Shown here piece by piece: positions 45,701 to 54,667 of a stretch of 64,000 nucleotides of DNA; the stretch's first letter is position 1, and each line of letters starts with the position of its first letter. The position numbers and the translations under genes are program-made. Under the pieces are notes generated by a model, which was given only the letters and a program-made list of their open reading frames with translations, did no database searches and was not told the DNA's origin. This DNA is from Candidatus Physcousia equi (GTDB taxonomy: Bacteria; Bacteroidota; Bacteroidia; Bacteroidales; Bacteroidaceae), in NCBI GenBank assembly GCA_018065005.1, contig JAGHUD010000002.1:987-64986 (forward strand), given 5' to 3'.

Positions 45701-45998
45701 TGAGTTTTGAATCGCTCTCCAGGCTTACTTTCATGCCATTGCGAGCGGTGGCATTTACGGTGCGCATACCCATGTAGCTGAACTGCAATGTGCGGGTGTT
45801 TGCGGGGACTGCCAATGTGAACTTACCGTTGGCATCGGTGACAACACCCTGTGAGGTGCCGGGGATGCGCACGGAAGCTCCGATGAGGGGGTCGCCTGTT
45901 TCTGCGTCGGTGACAACACCGGTCACCGTCTGTTGGGCGAATGCCATGCTTGCTGTCATCAGCATGCAAGCAAGGAACAACCATAGTTTTTTACCCAT
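42762..45998 (-). CDS. SusC/RagA-family TonB-dependent outer-membrane transporter
   Basis: Signal peptide MGKKLWLFLACMLMTASMAFAQQ. Carboxypeptidase-regulatory-like domain (VTGVVTDAETGDPLIGASVRI), plug and barrel, terminal ...GGITINF. Confidence 0.92.
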   Translation of the reverse strand: MGKKLWLFLACMLMTASMAFAQQTVTGVVTDAETGDPLIGASVRIPGTSQGVVTDANGKFTLAVPANTRTLQFSYMGMRTVNATARNGMKVSLESDSKLMDDVMIVAYGTATRSSFTGSAAVVGSEVIENNVATNVTSALAGTAAGVQFMSSNGDPTSNEPTIRIRGIGSLSASNNPLYVVDGVPYDGSINTINPQDVESMTVLKDASATAIYGARGANGVILINTKKGKKGQHPEVKFDAKWGSNSRLIPNYDVITDPGQYYEEVFKRLYNGNITSGYDKNYAYQNACDRIFDADNGGLGYQVYTLPEGQNLIGTNMKLNPNAKLGYSDGEYFYMPDNWYDNAFHSSFRQEYNATISGASDKITYYASGGYLQDGGIVSNSSFKRYNGRLNAQYQANDWLRLSANMNFTHTDSDSPSYGTSWGSSGNMFYIANNIAPIYPLYVRNADGSIAMKDGRVQYDANQTNFKRAGVMGNAIRDNEYQISKMYNDVFSGDWSVTLTPVKGLTVTGDLGILSDNARSNYLSSVFGSSSSSDGYVSVSHSRLFSVNARAMADYKTDFGGSKHNLDVLVGYEQYRYKSQGLSGSNTHLYDPFIAELNNAKHTTDKEVSSSTSGYMTEGILSRAQYDYAGKYFVDGSYRRDASSRFAPGHRWGNFGSVGLGWVMNKEKFLKSAKWINFLKLKLSYGIQGNDNLLSGEYPWTDMYTTDYNEGTGQYSITIAQKGNENLTWETSHSWNAGVDFSLFGDRLYGNVDFFNRKTTDMLFYKSYPLSVGYGTSIELPTNIGSVRNWGVEIELGGKVVRTKNVEWDLNLNMTHFKNRILELDPAYKKDGIKYSYSILREGGSVYETYMYKFAGIQQTDDRQKGFKAGDALYYKEVLDKEGNPTGELTVTNDASNATKMECGSTLPKLYGGFGTTLKFKGFDLGAQFSYQLGGKIYDGSYQATMWTQDNAGQSLHKDIINAWSPENTGSNIPRWDSSAWGNLTQSGCDYFLTSSNYLSIHNVTFGYSFPKNVLEKLHLGGVRIYVAGENLALFSARKGLDPRFTQAVGGYTSGAALNTTYYSAMRTITGGITINF

Positions 45999-46053
45999 TT
46001 TTGTTTTTTGTTTGGTTAATAAATAATTAATAATTTTGTTTTTCTCTTTTATA

Positions 46054-46183
46054 TATTCGTTTTCGTTATTCGTATTCGTATTCGTTTCCGTTTTCATTAT
46101 TCGTTATTCGTATTCGTCTTCGTTTTCATTATTCGTTTCCGTTATTGTTATCGTTCTTCGTTCTTCGTTTTCGTTGTTTTCTC
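46054..46183. repeat. degenerate hexamer tract, about 20 x NTTCGT on + (ACGAAN on the susC-coding strand)
   Basis: attcgt tttcgt tattcgt attcgt attcgt ... cttcgt ... tcttcgt tcttcgt tttcgt. It lies between the candidate -7 box (46218) and the susC ATG (45998). Confidence 0.85.
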
Positions 46184-46217
46184 GTAATAAACAAGAACTT
46201 TTTACATAAAGTCGATG

Positions 46218-46225
46218 CAAAATTA
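46218..46225 (-). promoter_or_regulatory. candidate -7 box (TAATTTTG on minus) for the susC-like operon
   Basis: CAAAATTA on +. It implies a ~210-220-nt leader that contains the hexamer tract. Confidence 0.45.
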
Positions 46226-46422
46226 CACAATAAATTCATAACATTGTTAAAAATATCTTAAAAAGTGCATTTTTCTGTCAAAAAAAGAACAGAAAAGGTT
46301 TTCTTGTTAGCAATTAGTGCGCTGTGTGCTCCCTTATTCTGTTTTTCTGTTTTTTGGGCAAGTGGATGACGTGCAGGTCTGGAGACTTGCTTTGCGCTGC
46401 GCACAGCGGGTGGTGTGTGCAC

Positions 46423-46478
46423 AAAAAAAAGCGCAGAAAACCAATTCTTGTGCAATCGTGCGAATTGGTTTTCTGCGC
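46423..46478 (-). terminator. intrinsic terminator ending the secA operon
   Basis: GCGCAGAAAACCAATTC (46431-46447) / GAATTGGTTTTCTGCGC (46462-46478), a 17-bp stem. On the minus strand it is followed by an 8-nt U-run (46423-46430). Confidence 0.7.
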
Positions 46479-46541
46479 TTTCGTCAGTTGGTGTCTTGGC
46501 TCCTTATGCGGGCTGAGGGGGGCGGCGCTTTGCCGCTTGGC

Positions 46542-47024
46542 TCATGCCTCGTCGAAGAGGGACTTCATGAAGGTTTCGAGCTCGTCTTCGAGGTTGGGCA
46601 AGAGAGAACCGGAGAGGATCTCCTGATCGTCGTCGACGAGGTAGATGTCGGAGAGCGTCTCGTGGTCGCCATCAACGAGCACGAAAGAGAAGGGACGAAG
46701 CACCGACATCTTGTCGAGCTCGGGGCGCAAGGCGCTGAGGCGCTGGTTGAGTGCTACTGAGACTTGCTGGTAGAAGTCCTCGGCTTGGTTGTTCATCCAT
46801 TCTGCCACGACGCAGCGGTTGATCTCGCGGTCGTCGTCGTCGTATGCGAGAAAATCGCCGGTTTCCTGTCGCACCTCAAGGTGGATGTCGGTGAGGACGG
46901 GGTCGTTGTCCATCGGGAACTTCGCGATGATCTTGTGCAAAGCGCGGTCGATTTCCTGGATGGTCTGGGGCGCCAGTGCAGTTTTTGCACTCTCTTTCTT
47001 TGCTTGTTTGGCTGAGGTTTTCAT
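46542..47024 (-). CDS. hypothetical acidic protein (160 aa) downstream of secA
   Basis: Good coding appearance, same strand as secA, followed by a strong terminator. No family recognised. Confidence 0.6.
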   Translation of the reverse strand: MKTSAKQAKKESAKTALAPQTIQEIDRALHKIIAKFPMDNDPVLTDIHLEVRQETGDFLAYDDDDREINRCVVAEWMNNQAEDFYQQVSVALNQRLSALRPELDKMSVLRPFSFVLVDGDHETLSDIYLVDDDQEILSGSLLPNLEDELETFMKSLFDEA

Positions 47025-47134
47025 TGGGCTGAAATCAATTATGTTTGACTCGATTCACTTGGTTGCTCTCCCATTGCTTCAAGTTTCCGCAGCGGAAACT
47101 TTTGACTTCCGCATGAGAATGATGCAGGTGCGTC

Positions 47135-50100
47135 TTAGAGGCCTTTGCCGTGGCACTGCTTGAACTTCTTACCGCTGCCGCAGGGACATGGGTCGTTGCG
47201 ACCTGGCAGTTTCTCGGCTGTGAGGGGCATGGGGCGTCGTGCTTCCTCGCTGCGTGTGTCTTGCTGTGCGGCTGCGCGCTGAGCAGGGTCGGTGAGGTCG
47301 TTGCGCGACTCGCTGTACTGCTGTCGCTGGTTGTTGTGGGGCATCTCGCGCGGTGCCTGCTGCACCTGTCGTGCTGCCTGCTCCACACGTTCTTGTCTGG
47401 CTTCCTCCTGACTCACTTCCTCTTGGTTGGGGGCTTGTGTCACCTGTGGGGGCAACTGTCCGCGCATGAGGATGCTGACGGTCTTGTTGTTGATGGTGTC
47501 CACCATAGCGTCGAAGAGCTTCACGCTCTCAAGCTTGAAGATGAGCAAGGGGTCTTTCTGCTCGTAGCTGGCATTCGAAACAGAATGCTTGAGCTCGTCG
47601 AGCAGACGGAGGTTCTCCTTCCATGCATCGTCGATGACATGTAGGAGAATGGCCTTCTCGAAAGCCTTGACGAGCACCTTGGAGTGGGTCTCATAGGCTT
47701 CCTTGAGGTTGGTGGAAATCTGGTAGACGCGGCGGCCATCGGTGATGGGCACGAGGATGTTTTCATACATCTGTCCTTGCTTCTCATAGACCATCTCGAT
47801 GACGGGATAGGTGACGTTTTCGAGCATGTTGGTCTTTTCCTTGAAACGTGCCATGACTGCCTGATAGGTGTTCTCGCAGAGGTCGTCCAGTTTGTGTCCT
47901 GCCTCGTTGAGTTGGTCGAGCGTGAAAGGAATCTCCATGGCAAAGAGTTCGATGAACTTTTCCTTCATGCCTTCGTAGTCGTACTTCTCGATGACGTGGC
48001 AAACGCGGTCCCAGATCATGTTGGCAATGTCCATGCCGATGCGCTCTCCCATGAGGGCATGGCGGCGCTTCTCGTAGATGACGGTGCGTTGCTTGTTCAT
48101 CACGTCGTCGTATTCGAGCAAGCGTTTGCGCACACCGAAGTGGTTCTCTTCCACCTTCTTCTGTGCACGCTCGATGCTGTTGCTAATCATCGAGTGCTCG
48201 ATCATCTCGCCTTCCTTGAAGCCAAGACGGTCCATGACGCGGGCAATGCGCTCGCTGGCAAAGAGACGCATCAGTTTGTCTTCGAGCGAAACGAAGAAGA
48301 CACTGCTGCCCGGGTCGCCCTGACGACCGGAACGTCCGCGCAACTGACGGTCGACGCGGCGGCTTTCGTGGCGCTCTGTGCCGATGATGGCCAAACCGCC
48401 TGCCTTCTTCACCTCTTCGGAGAGCTTGATGTCGGTACCGCGACCTGCCATGTTGGTGGCAATGGTCACTGCGCCCAATCCGTTGGTGCTCTGTCCGGCG
48501 AGTGCCACGATGTCTGCTTCCTTCTGGTGGAGCTTGGCGTTGAGCACCTGGTGGGGTATCTTGCGCATGGCAAGCATCTTGGAGAGCATCTCAGAGATTT
48601 CGACCGAGGTGGTGCCGACGAGCACGGGGCGACCAGCCTGGCGCAGGCGTTCAACTTCTTCGATAACGGCTTTGTACTTCTCGCGCTGCGTCTTGTAGAC
48701 ACGGTCGTTCATGTCGTTGCGGGCGATGGGGCGGTTGGTGGGAATCTCTACTACGTCGAGCTTGTAGATGTCCCAGAACTCGCCTGCCTCGGTGATGGCC
48801 GTACCGGTCATGCCCGAGAGCTTGTGGTACATGCGGAAGTAGTTCTGCAGTGTGATGGTGGCGAAGGTCTGTGTGGCTGCCTGCACCTTGACGTGCTCCT
48901 TGGCTTCGACGGCTTGGTGGAGTCCGTCGCTCCAACGTCTGCCTTCCATGATACGACCAGTCTGCTCGTCCACGATTTTGATTTCGCCATCCTGGATGAC
49001 GTACTCGTCGTTGAGGTTGAACATAGCGTAGGCCTTGAGGAGCTGTTGGATGGTGTGCACACGCTCGCTCTTCACAGCATAGTCGGTGTATAGCTCGTCC
49101 TTCTTTGCTACGCGGTCCTCGATGGAGAGTGTCTCGTCGCCTTCGATGGCGCTGATGAGGCTCACGATGTCGGGCAACACGAAGAGCTGTGCATCGCTCA
49201 CCTGACTTGCCATCCAGTCGTTGCCCTTGTCGGTGAACTCTACGCTGTTCTGCTTCTCTTCCACCACGAAGTAGAGGGGCTCGATGCACTCGGGCATGCG
49301 CTTGTTGTTGTTCTCCATGTAGATGCCTTCGGTGGCGAGCATACCCGCCTTGATGCCAGGCTCGGAGAGATACTTGATGAGGGCTTTGTTCTTAGGCCAT
49401 GCCTTGTGACTGCGGTAGAGCTGAAGGAAACCTTGTGCCGTCTTCTCCTTGCTGCCTTCGTCGTTGCCTTGCTTGATGAGGGTCTTTGCTTCGGCAAGGA
49501 ACTGGGTGGCGAGCTGGCGCTGCACACCGAAGAGACGCTCCACGAGGGGCTGCCATTGCTCATACTGCTGGTCTTCGCCCTTAGGAATGGGACCACTGAT
49601 GATGAGGGGCGTGCGTGCGTCGTCGATGAGCACGGAGTCCACCTCGTCCACAATGGCAAAGTTGTGCTTGCGCTGCACGAGGTCCTTGGGGTTGGTGGCC
49701 ATGTTGTCGCGCAGGTAGTCGAAACCGAACTCGTTGTTCGTACCAAAGGTGATGTCTGCCTGATAAGCTTGGCGGCGTGCCTCGCTGTTGGGCTGGTGCT
49801 TGTCGATGCAGTCCACACGCAGTCCGTGGAACATATAGAGGGGACTCATCCATTCGGAGTCACGCTTGGCGAGGTAGTCGTTGACGGTGACTACGTGCAC
49901 GCCATTGCCTGTCAAGGCATTCAGGAAGACGGGGCAGGTGCCCACGAGGGTCTTACCTTCACCCGTTGCCATCTCAGCCACTTTGCCTTGGTGGAGCACC
50001 GTTCCACCGAAGAGCTGCACGTCGTAGTGTACCATGTTCCAGAGTGTGTCGTTGCCTCCTGCCACCCAATGGTTGTGGTAGATGGCCTTGTCGCCTTCGA

Positions 50101-50539
50101 TGTCGACAAAGTCGAAGCGTGCGGCAAACTCGCGGTCGAGGTCGGTGGCAGTGACCTCAATGTTCTCGTTCTTGGCGAAGCGATCTGCGGTGCTCTTCAC
50201 GATGGCAAATGCCACGGGGCGCACTTTCTCGAGTTCTTCTTCGAGGCGTTCGAGCACATCCTTCTCCAACTTGTCGATTTGTTGGAAGAGGGGTGCGCGG
50301 TCTTGAATTTCTGTTTCCTCTACTTTGCTGCGGATTTCCTCAATCTGCTGGCGCAGGTCGTCGGCACTGTGCTGCACCTGGTTCTTTATCTCTTGAGTCT
50401 TGGCGCGCAGCTCGTCGTTGGAGAGCGCCTGAATCTCAGGATAGATGTCGAGCACTTGTTGCACGAGGGGTTGGATGGCTTTCAGGTCTCGGCTGGCCTT
50501 GTTGCCAAAAAGTTTACTAAGAATACTGATTATTCCCAT
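47135..50539 (-). CDS. secA: preprotein translocase subunit SecA
   Basis: 1134 aa. [29 protein letters not shown] and [10 protein letters not shown] motifs. C-terminal zinc motif [14 protein letters not shown]. Confidence 0.97.
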   Translation of the reverse strand: MGIISILSKLFGNKASRDLKAIQPLVQQVLDIYPEIQALSNDELRAKTQEIKNQVQHSADDLRQQIEEIRSKVEETEIQDRAPLFQQIDKLEKDVLERLEEELEKVRPVAFAIVKSTADRFAKNENIEVTATDLDREFAARFDFVDIEGDKAIYHNHWVAGGNDTLWNMVHYDVQLFGGTVLHQGKVAEMATGEGKTLVGTCPVFLNALTGNGVHVVTVNDYLAKRDSEWMSPLYMFHGLRVDCIDKHQPNSEARRQAYQADITFGTNNEFGFDYLRDNMATNPKDLVQRKHNFAIVDEVDSVLIDDARTPLIISGPIPKGEDQQYEQWQPLVERLFGVQRQLATQFLAEAKTLIKQGNDEGSKEKTAQGFLQLYRSHKAWPKNKALIKYLSEPGIKAGMLATEGIYMENNNKRMPECIEPLYFVVEEKQNSVEFTDKGNDWMASQVSDAQLFVLPDIVSLISAIEGDETLSIEDRVAKKDELYTDYAVKSERVHTIQQLLKAYAMFNLNDEYVIQDGEIKIVDEQTGRIMEGRRWSDGLHQAVEAKEHVKVQAATQTFATITLQNYFRMYHKLSGMTGTAITEAGEFWDIYKLDVVEIPTNRPIARNDMNDRVYKTQREKYKAVIEEVERLRQAGRPVLVGTTSVEISEMLSKMLAMRKIPHQVLNAKLHQKEADIVALAGQSTNGLGAVTIATNMAGRGTDIKLSEEVKKAGGLAIIGTERHESRRVDRQLRGRSGRQGDPGSSVFFVSLEDKLMRLFASERIARVMDRLGFKEGEMIEHSMISNSIERAQKKVEENHFGVRKRLLEYDDVMNKQRTVIYEKRRHALMGERIGMDIANMIWDRVCHVIEKYDYEGMKEKFIELFAMEIPFTLDQLNEAGHKLDDLCENTYQAVMARFKEKTNMLENVTYPVIEMVYEKQGQMYENILVPITDGRRVYQISTNLKEAYETHSKVLVKAFEKAILLHVIDDAWKENLRLLDELKHSVSNASYEQKDPLLIFKLESVKLFDAMVDTINNKTVSILMRGQLPPQVTQAPNQEEVSQEEARQERVEQAARQVQQAPREMPHNNQRQQYSESRNDLTDPAQRAAAQQDTRSEEARRPMPLTAEKLPGRNDPCPCGSGKKFKQCHGKGL

Positions 50540-50767
50540 TGTTGTTATTGTGGTTTTGTTTTTATTCGATTTGTCCGGTTACCCGCTGTTAGTGGATTTA
50601 ATCCCGTGGTAGCTCCAATGGCAAGTGGCCATGAGACGGGGACCAAGTGGGGTGGTTTCCGGTTGCTTGTTTTCTGTGGGTCTGCCATGAAGGGCAGAAG
50701 AGTTGCTCTGTTTCTTAGAGCGGATAATCTTTGCGTCCATTGCGTCATAGACGAGAGTTGACCGTCT

Positions 50768-52345
50768 TTAGAGTGGACGAGCTTCGCATCCGTTGGGGGC
50801 TCTGATTCTGATGGCTTTTGCCACCGTGGGTGCCACGTGGTCTACGGTTACGGGGGAATGTATGATTTCACTCTTGATGTTTGTGCCAAAGAAGATGAGC
50901 GGGAAGCCCATGTAGGAGGCGCGTGAGATATGGTCTTCGTGCGTGTCCTCGTTGATGAGATGCCATCCGGGTGACACTTGGATGACGATGTCGCCGCTTA
51001 CGCGAGGGTTGTGGGCATTGCGCAGGCGTGCTATGGCAGGTGTTCCGGCGCCTTGGAGCAGTCGCTGCGAGGTGTACACGTCGCGCACGCCAGCGAGTTG
51101 CATGAGGAAGTCCTGACTGCGTTCGAGCACTTCCGCTTGGTTGAGTGCTCTGCTTTCGAGCAGTTTGAGGTTGAGGTAGAGCTGATTGCCGAGTGCCGTT
51201 TCCACGTAGTCGCCCTGACCATAAACGGCAATCAGATACATATTTAATAATAAGCGCGCGCGTGTTATGTTGAAGGTGCCTGTTGGGATGCGATAGGGCG
51301 CCAGGTTGGTGGACTGCTCGTCGCAGCATCCCGTGCTGGTCACAACGTAGAGCGTTTTGCCAGCTCCCACCTTTTGCTCGATGAAGGTGATGAGGTCGGC
51401 AATGTTGTTGTCGAGGCGCACATAAGTGTCCTGCAGTTCAATGGGGCATTCGTCGACACCTTTGCGCAAGTAGTTGCCTGCATAGTAGGTGAGCGAAAGA
51501 TAGTCGGTCACGGCATCCACGCCCAGCGTAGTGCTCTTCATGCAGAACTGTGCGAAACGGTTCACCTCGTCGTTCACCATGGCGCTCTCCTTGAGTTCGC
51601 GCACCTTGCGTTCGCCCGTGAAGCTATGCTTGAAGGGCGTGCGCATGCCTCCCGAAACGAAGTAGTTGAAGTTGCCAACAAGGTCGTTGGTGGGCTCCCA
51701 TTTGATGGTGGCGATGCGGTCCTTGAGTCCGCTGCCTGTGTTGTAGGCGAGAGCCCAACTGGGGAATTGCCCATAGTAGTCGGAACTGCACCACTGGCCC
51801 GTCATGTCGTTGAGCCAGAAGCAGCCATCGGCTGCGTGACCAGCAGACAGGACCGCAGCATCCCGATAGGGGGCAATGCTGAAGACGAGTCCCTTGCCTT
51901 CGGTGGCAACTTTCAGTTCGTCGGTCAGTGTGCTGACGGCAAGGTTGGCGCAACTGCTTTGCTCTGTGGTGAGCAGACCCTTTGTGCTGCGGTCATCCAC
52001 GCAATGCACGGGCTGGAGCGTTTGGCGGTCGAGCCAACGCATGCCCACGATGCCGTGTTCATAGGGCGACGCTCCACACATGAGGGATGCAATAGCGGAT
52101 GCGCGGTCGGGCGATGCAAACGGATATTCGGCTTGCGTGTAGACACGACCCTCGCGCAGCAGCCGTTTGAATCCTCTCTCTCCATAGAGTGGCGAGAAGG
52201 CATCCATATAGTCAGAGCGCAACTGGTCGATGACAATGTTCACCACCAGACGGGGCACGTCGGGTGCTGTCTGGGCATCGGCAGGCAACACGGCCATGAT
52301 GGTCATGAGCGATGCGAGCAATCGGTATCGGTATAACATTGTCAT
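50768..52345 (-). CDS. alkaline phosphatase superfamily protein (type I phosphodiesterase/nucleotide pyrophosphatase-like)
   Basis: Signal peptide. VVNIVIDQLRSDYM metal-site region, C-terminal HGSP-type region (EDHISRASYMGFPLIFFG). Confidence 0.7.
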   Translation of the reverse strand: MTMLYRYRLLASLMTIMAVLPADAQTAPDVPRLVVNIVIDQLRSDYMDAFSPLYGERGFKRLLREGRVYTQAEYPFASPDRASAIASLMCGASPYEHGIVGMRWLDRQTLQPVHCVDDRSTKGLLTTEQSSCANLAVSTLTDELKVATEGKGLVFSIAPYRDAAVLSAGHAADGCFWLNDMTGQWCSSDYYGQFPSWALAYNTGSGLKDRIATIKWEPTNDLVGNFNYFVSGGMRTPFKHSFTGERKVRELKESAMVNDEVNRFAQFCMKSTTLGVDAVTDYLSLTYYAGNYLRKGVDECPIELQDTYVRLDNNIADLITFIEQKVGAGKTLYVVTSTGCCDEQSTNLAPYRIPTGTFNITRARLLLNMYLIAVYGQGDYVETALGNQLYLNLKLLESRALNQAEVLERSQDFLMQLAGVRDVYTSQRLLQGAGTPAIARLRNAHNPRVSGDIVIQVSPGWHLINEDTHEDHISRASYMGFPLIFFGTNIKSEIIHSPVTVDHVAPTVAKAIRIRAPNGCEARPL

Positions 52346-52378
52346 GCTGATTGATGTGTATGTGTGTGCGTGGAGTGT

Positions 52379-53716
52379 TTACTTTTTCTTTCCTTTCCTT
52401 TTTCCCTGACTCAGTCTCGGGAAGTTGATGATGTAGCTGGCAGGGCGTGTCAGCAATGCCACAGCAAGGGGCAGGGTGATGACAGCGAAGTGCTGCGGAA
52501 TCCAAGGAGAAGCGATGAGAAACGAGAGCAGCAGACCCGCGTTGAGGTAGTGGTAGGCGCAGCGCTTGCGGCGATAGGCACACACCACAACCCAGGGCAT
52601 GCAGAGCAAGGGGAGTGGGTTGTAGATCCACACCTGCCAGTTGCTCGAAACGGTGGGGTGGTCGCTGAAGAGCGTCATGAAGGTGACGAGCAAACCGCAG
52701 AGCCCGATGCCAGGCATGAGCAGCATGTCGAAAATCCAAAAAATGCGTTTCAGCCAATATTCGAGGGCAAAGATGCCCAATAGCACCGCAAGGAAGATGA
52801 GGGAGCAGACGAGCGGAGTGACGGGAAAGCCTGCTCCGTGGGGCACGTCACGCGCCTCAAGCAGCACTACGGGTTCGCCAGCAACGAGCGGTTCGCGTCG
52901 CTCCTCCACGCCATTGTTTCCGAATCCCACGATGGTGGCATTCTGGAAGGCGTCGAAGAGATGGAAGGGCAAAAACTGCGCAGAGCGATCGCTCAGGATG
53001 GTGTCGCAGGCTGCTCCGATGAGCAGGTCGTTGCCAAGTTCTGCCCACGGACTGCCAGCTGTGTATTCGTGGAGCGACTCTCGTGTTGTGAGTTTGCGTT
53101 CCTTGGCAAGCGGTGCGTAGACGATGGTGCCGTCAATGACAGCTTCGATCACGTCGCGCGTATTTGTCGTGCAGTTGTTGCTGAAAAAGTTATAGCGATA
53201 GGTCCTCTTTTCTTTCGAACTCCTGTCTTTCATCATTTCGAGCAGTCGTTGCGCCTCTTCCTGCGTGAAGTTGATGCGCAGGCTGGTGATGCTCGAACCG
53301 CGGTCGATATAGCTTTGTTCGAATAGATAATAAGGGCAAGGGAGCACCATGTAGTCGGTCTTGCCGAGCATGAAGCGCCATACGAAATGAGACTGTGTCT
53401 CGTCAAACACACCGAAGTTGTAAACCAGGTCGTCGTCGGGCGTGGTGATGCGCAAAGCCGTATGCCCGTATAACTCGTATATCAAATCGCCAGGCGAGCA
53501 GGTGAGCAGTTCCACCTGGATGTCGCCTTGCTGGTTTGTCTTTTTGGCGTTGCCTGTTCGCGGCGCCGGGGATGGCTGCGTTGCCAGCTGCTGCGTGTGT
53601 TCTTCCTGAGGGGATGCAGCGTGCAGCTGGGCACAAACGGATGCCGGCATTGCCCAGACGAGCAGTGCATGGAGAAGGCAAAGGATTATGTTTTTTTGCG
53701 TATTCACGAAAGGCAC
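52379..53716 (-). CDS. DUF4105 (Lnb N-terminal periplasmic domain)-containing membrane protein; start uncertain
   Basis: Recognisable DUF4105 region (VELLTCSPGDLIYELYGHTALRI...YNFFSNNCTT) followed by multiple TM helices. Start candidates are GTG 53716, GTG 53707 and ATG 53767. The -7 box at 53734-53741 favours a GTG. Confidence 0.7.
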   Translation of the reverse strand: MPFVNTQKNIILCLLHALLVWAMPASVCAQLHAASPQEEHTQQLATQPSPAPRTGNAKKTNQQGDIQVELLTCSPGDLIYELYGHTALRITTPDDDLVYNFGVFDETQSHFVWRFMLGKTDYMVLPCPYYLFEQSYIDRGSSITSLRINFTQEEAQRLLEMMKDRSSKEKRTYRYNFFSNNCTTNTRDVIEAVIDGTIVYAPLAKERKLTTRESLHEYTAGSPWAELGNDLLIGAACDTILSDRSAQFLPFHLFDAFQNATIVGFGNNGVEERREPLVAGEPVVLLEARDVPHGAGFPVTPLVCSLIFLAVLLGIFALEYWLKRIFWIFDMLLMPGIGLCGLLVTFMTLFSDHPTVSSNWQVWIYNPLPLLCMPWVVVCAYRRKRCAYHYLNAGLLLSFLIASPWIPQHFAVITLPLAVALLTRPASYIINFPRLSQGKRKGKKK

Positions 53717-53733
53717 GTGTATTTTTTCGTGCG

Positions 53734-53741
53734 CAAAGGTA
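53734..53741 (-). promoter_or_regulatory. candidate -7 box (TACCTTTG on minus) for the DUF4105-to-secA operon
   Basis: CAAAGGTA on +, divergent from the coaX box 43 bp away. Confidence 0.5.
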
Positions 53742-53783
53742 CAAAAAAAAGATGATAGCGCGCGCATTCTTACATTTTTTTTG

Positions 53784-53791
53784 TAACTTTG
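53784..53791 (+). promoter_or_regulatory. candidate -7 box TAACTTTG for coaX
   Basis: Exact TAnnTTTG 25 nt upstream of the ATG at 53816. Confidence 0.5.
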
Positions 53792-53815
53792 CACCGCATT
53801 TTGCGCCAAAAGAAT

Positions 53816-54556
53816 ATGAACCTTATCATTGACATAGGCAATACGAGAGCAAAACTCGCCATCTTTGACCAAGATAAGATGCTCGAAACGGAGTATAGCG
53901 ATAACGCAACGCTCGGCGGTTTTGAGGATTTCGTAGGGCGCTTTCCTATACAGCGAGCCATGCTCAGCCGCGTTGGAAAGTTGGGTGATGTAGCTCTCGA
54001 AAAGCTGAAAGACTTGCCCTTTCCCCTTGTTGAACTGGATGCGCACACCCCGTTGCCCGTTCGTCTGCAATGGCGCCAACTCGGTGCTCAGGCGGCACAG
54101 CCTCTGCCCGAGTCGATGGGCGCAGACCGCATTGCAGCCCTTGTGGGTGCATTGGCGCTTTGGCCTGCCGAACCCCTCCTCATAGTGGATGCCGGAACTT
54201 GTGTCACCTATGAATTCATAGACGACGAAGGCTACTACCTCGGTGGCAACATTGCACCAGGCGTGGAGATGCGCCTGCGTGCCATGCACGAGCAGACGGC
54301 ACTCCTGCCACTCGTCAGTGCAACGGGCGACTTGCCTCCTGTGGGGTACGACACCCCCACTTGTATGCGCTGCGGTGCGTTGCGCGGTTTGGAATATGAG
54401 GTGGAAGGCTACATCCGCTGCTGGCGCCAACGTTATCCAGCGTTGCGAACGGTGCTTGCAGGTGGGACTCCGTTGCACATCGAGGAGCCTGTCATTCAGG
54501 AAAAGAACCTCGTTCTCATAGGACTCAATGCCACGCTCAATAGTCTCCCCAGGTGA
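53816..54556 (+). CDS. coaX: type III pantothenate kinase
   Basis: MNLIIDIGNTRAKLAIFD start, later GADRIAALVGA and DAGTCVTYE motifs. Confidence 0.88.
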   Translation: MNLIIDIGNTRAKLAIFDQDKMLETEYSDNATLGGFEDFVGRFPIQRAMLSRVGKLGDVALEKLKDLPFPLVELDAHTPLPVRLQWRQLGAQAAQPLPESMGADRIAALVGALALWPAEPLLIVDAGTCVTYEFIDDEGYYLGGNIAPGVEMRLRAMHEQTALLPLVSATGDLPPVGYDTPTCMRCGALRGLEYEVEGYIRCWRQRYPALRTVLAGGTPLHIEEPVIQEKNLVLIGLNATLNSLPR

Positions 54557-54667
54557 TGCGCCCAGATGACCGTCTGTTCCGGGAGAACGAACAAGAGGCA
54601 AGCTGATGCTACGAAGAGATAAAAGAAAACGAATTTTGACCAATCCGCTGATCAATGTTCAAAAACA

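Noticed and set aside
45999-46097. N-terminal extension of susC (MKTETNTNTNNENEYIKEKNKIINYLLTKQKTK)
   Set aside because: It is the hexamer repeat and AT-rich leader translated. A canonical signal peptide starts at the internal ATG (45998).
47684-50761. 469-aa and 451-aa plus-strand ORFs opposite secA
   Set aside because: SecA on the minus strand is unambiguous. The plus-strand frames are shadows.
50540-50767. Possible known structured RNA (SRP RNA, 6S, RNase P, tmRNA, riboswitch) upstream of secA
   Set aside because: I could not find any of the diagnostic conserved motifs of these RNAs by eye. It is kept only as a low-interest leader observation.
53717-54655. N-terminal ~310 residues of the 758-aa minus-strand ORF 52379..54655
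   Set aside because: This part is antisense to coaX (clear IIDIGNTRAK kinase on +). The DUF4105 homology and signal peptide begin only near 53700, and a -7 box at 53734-53741 precedes the GTG starts.
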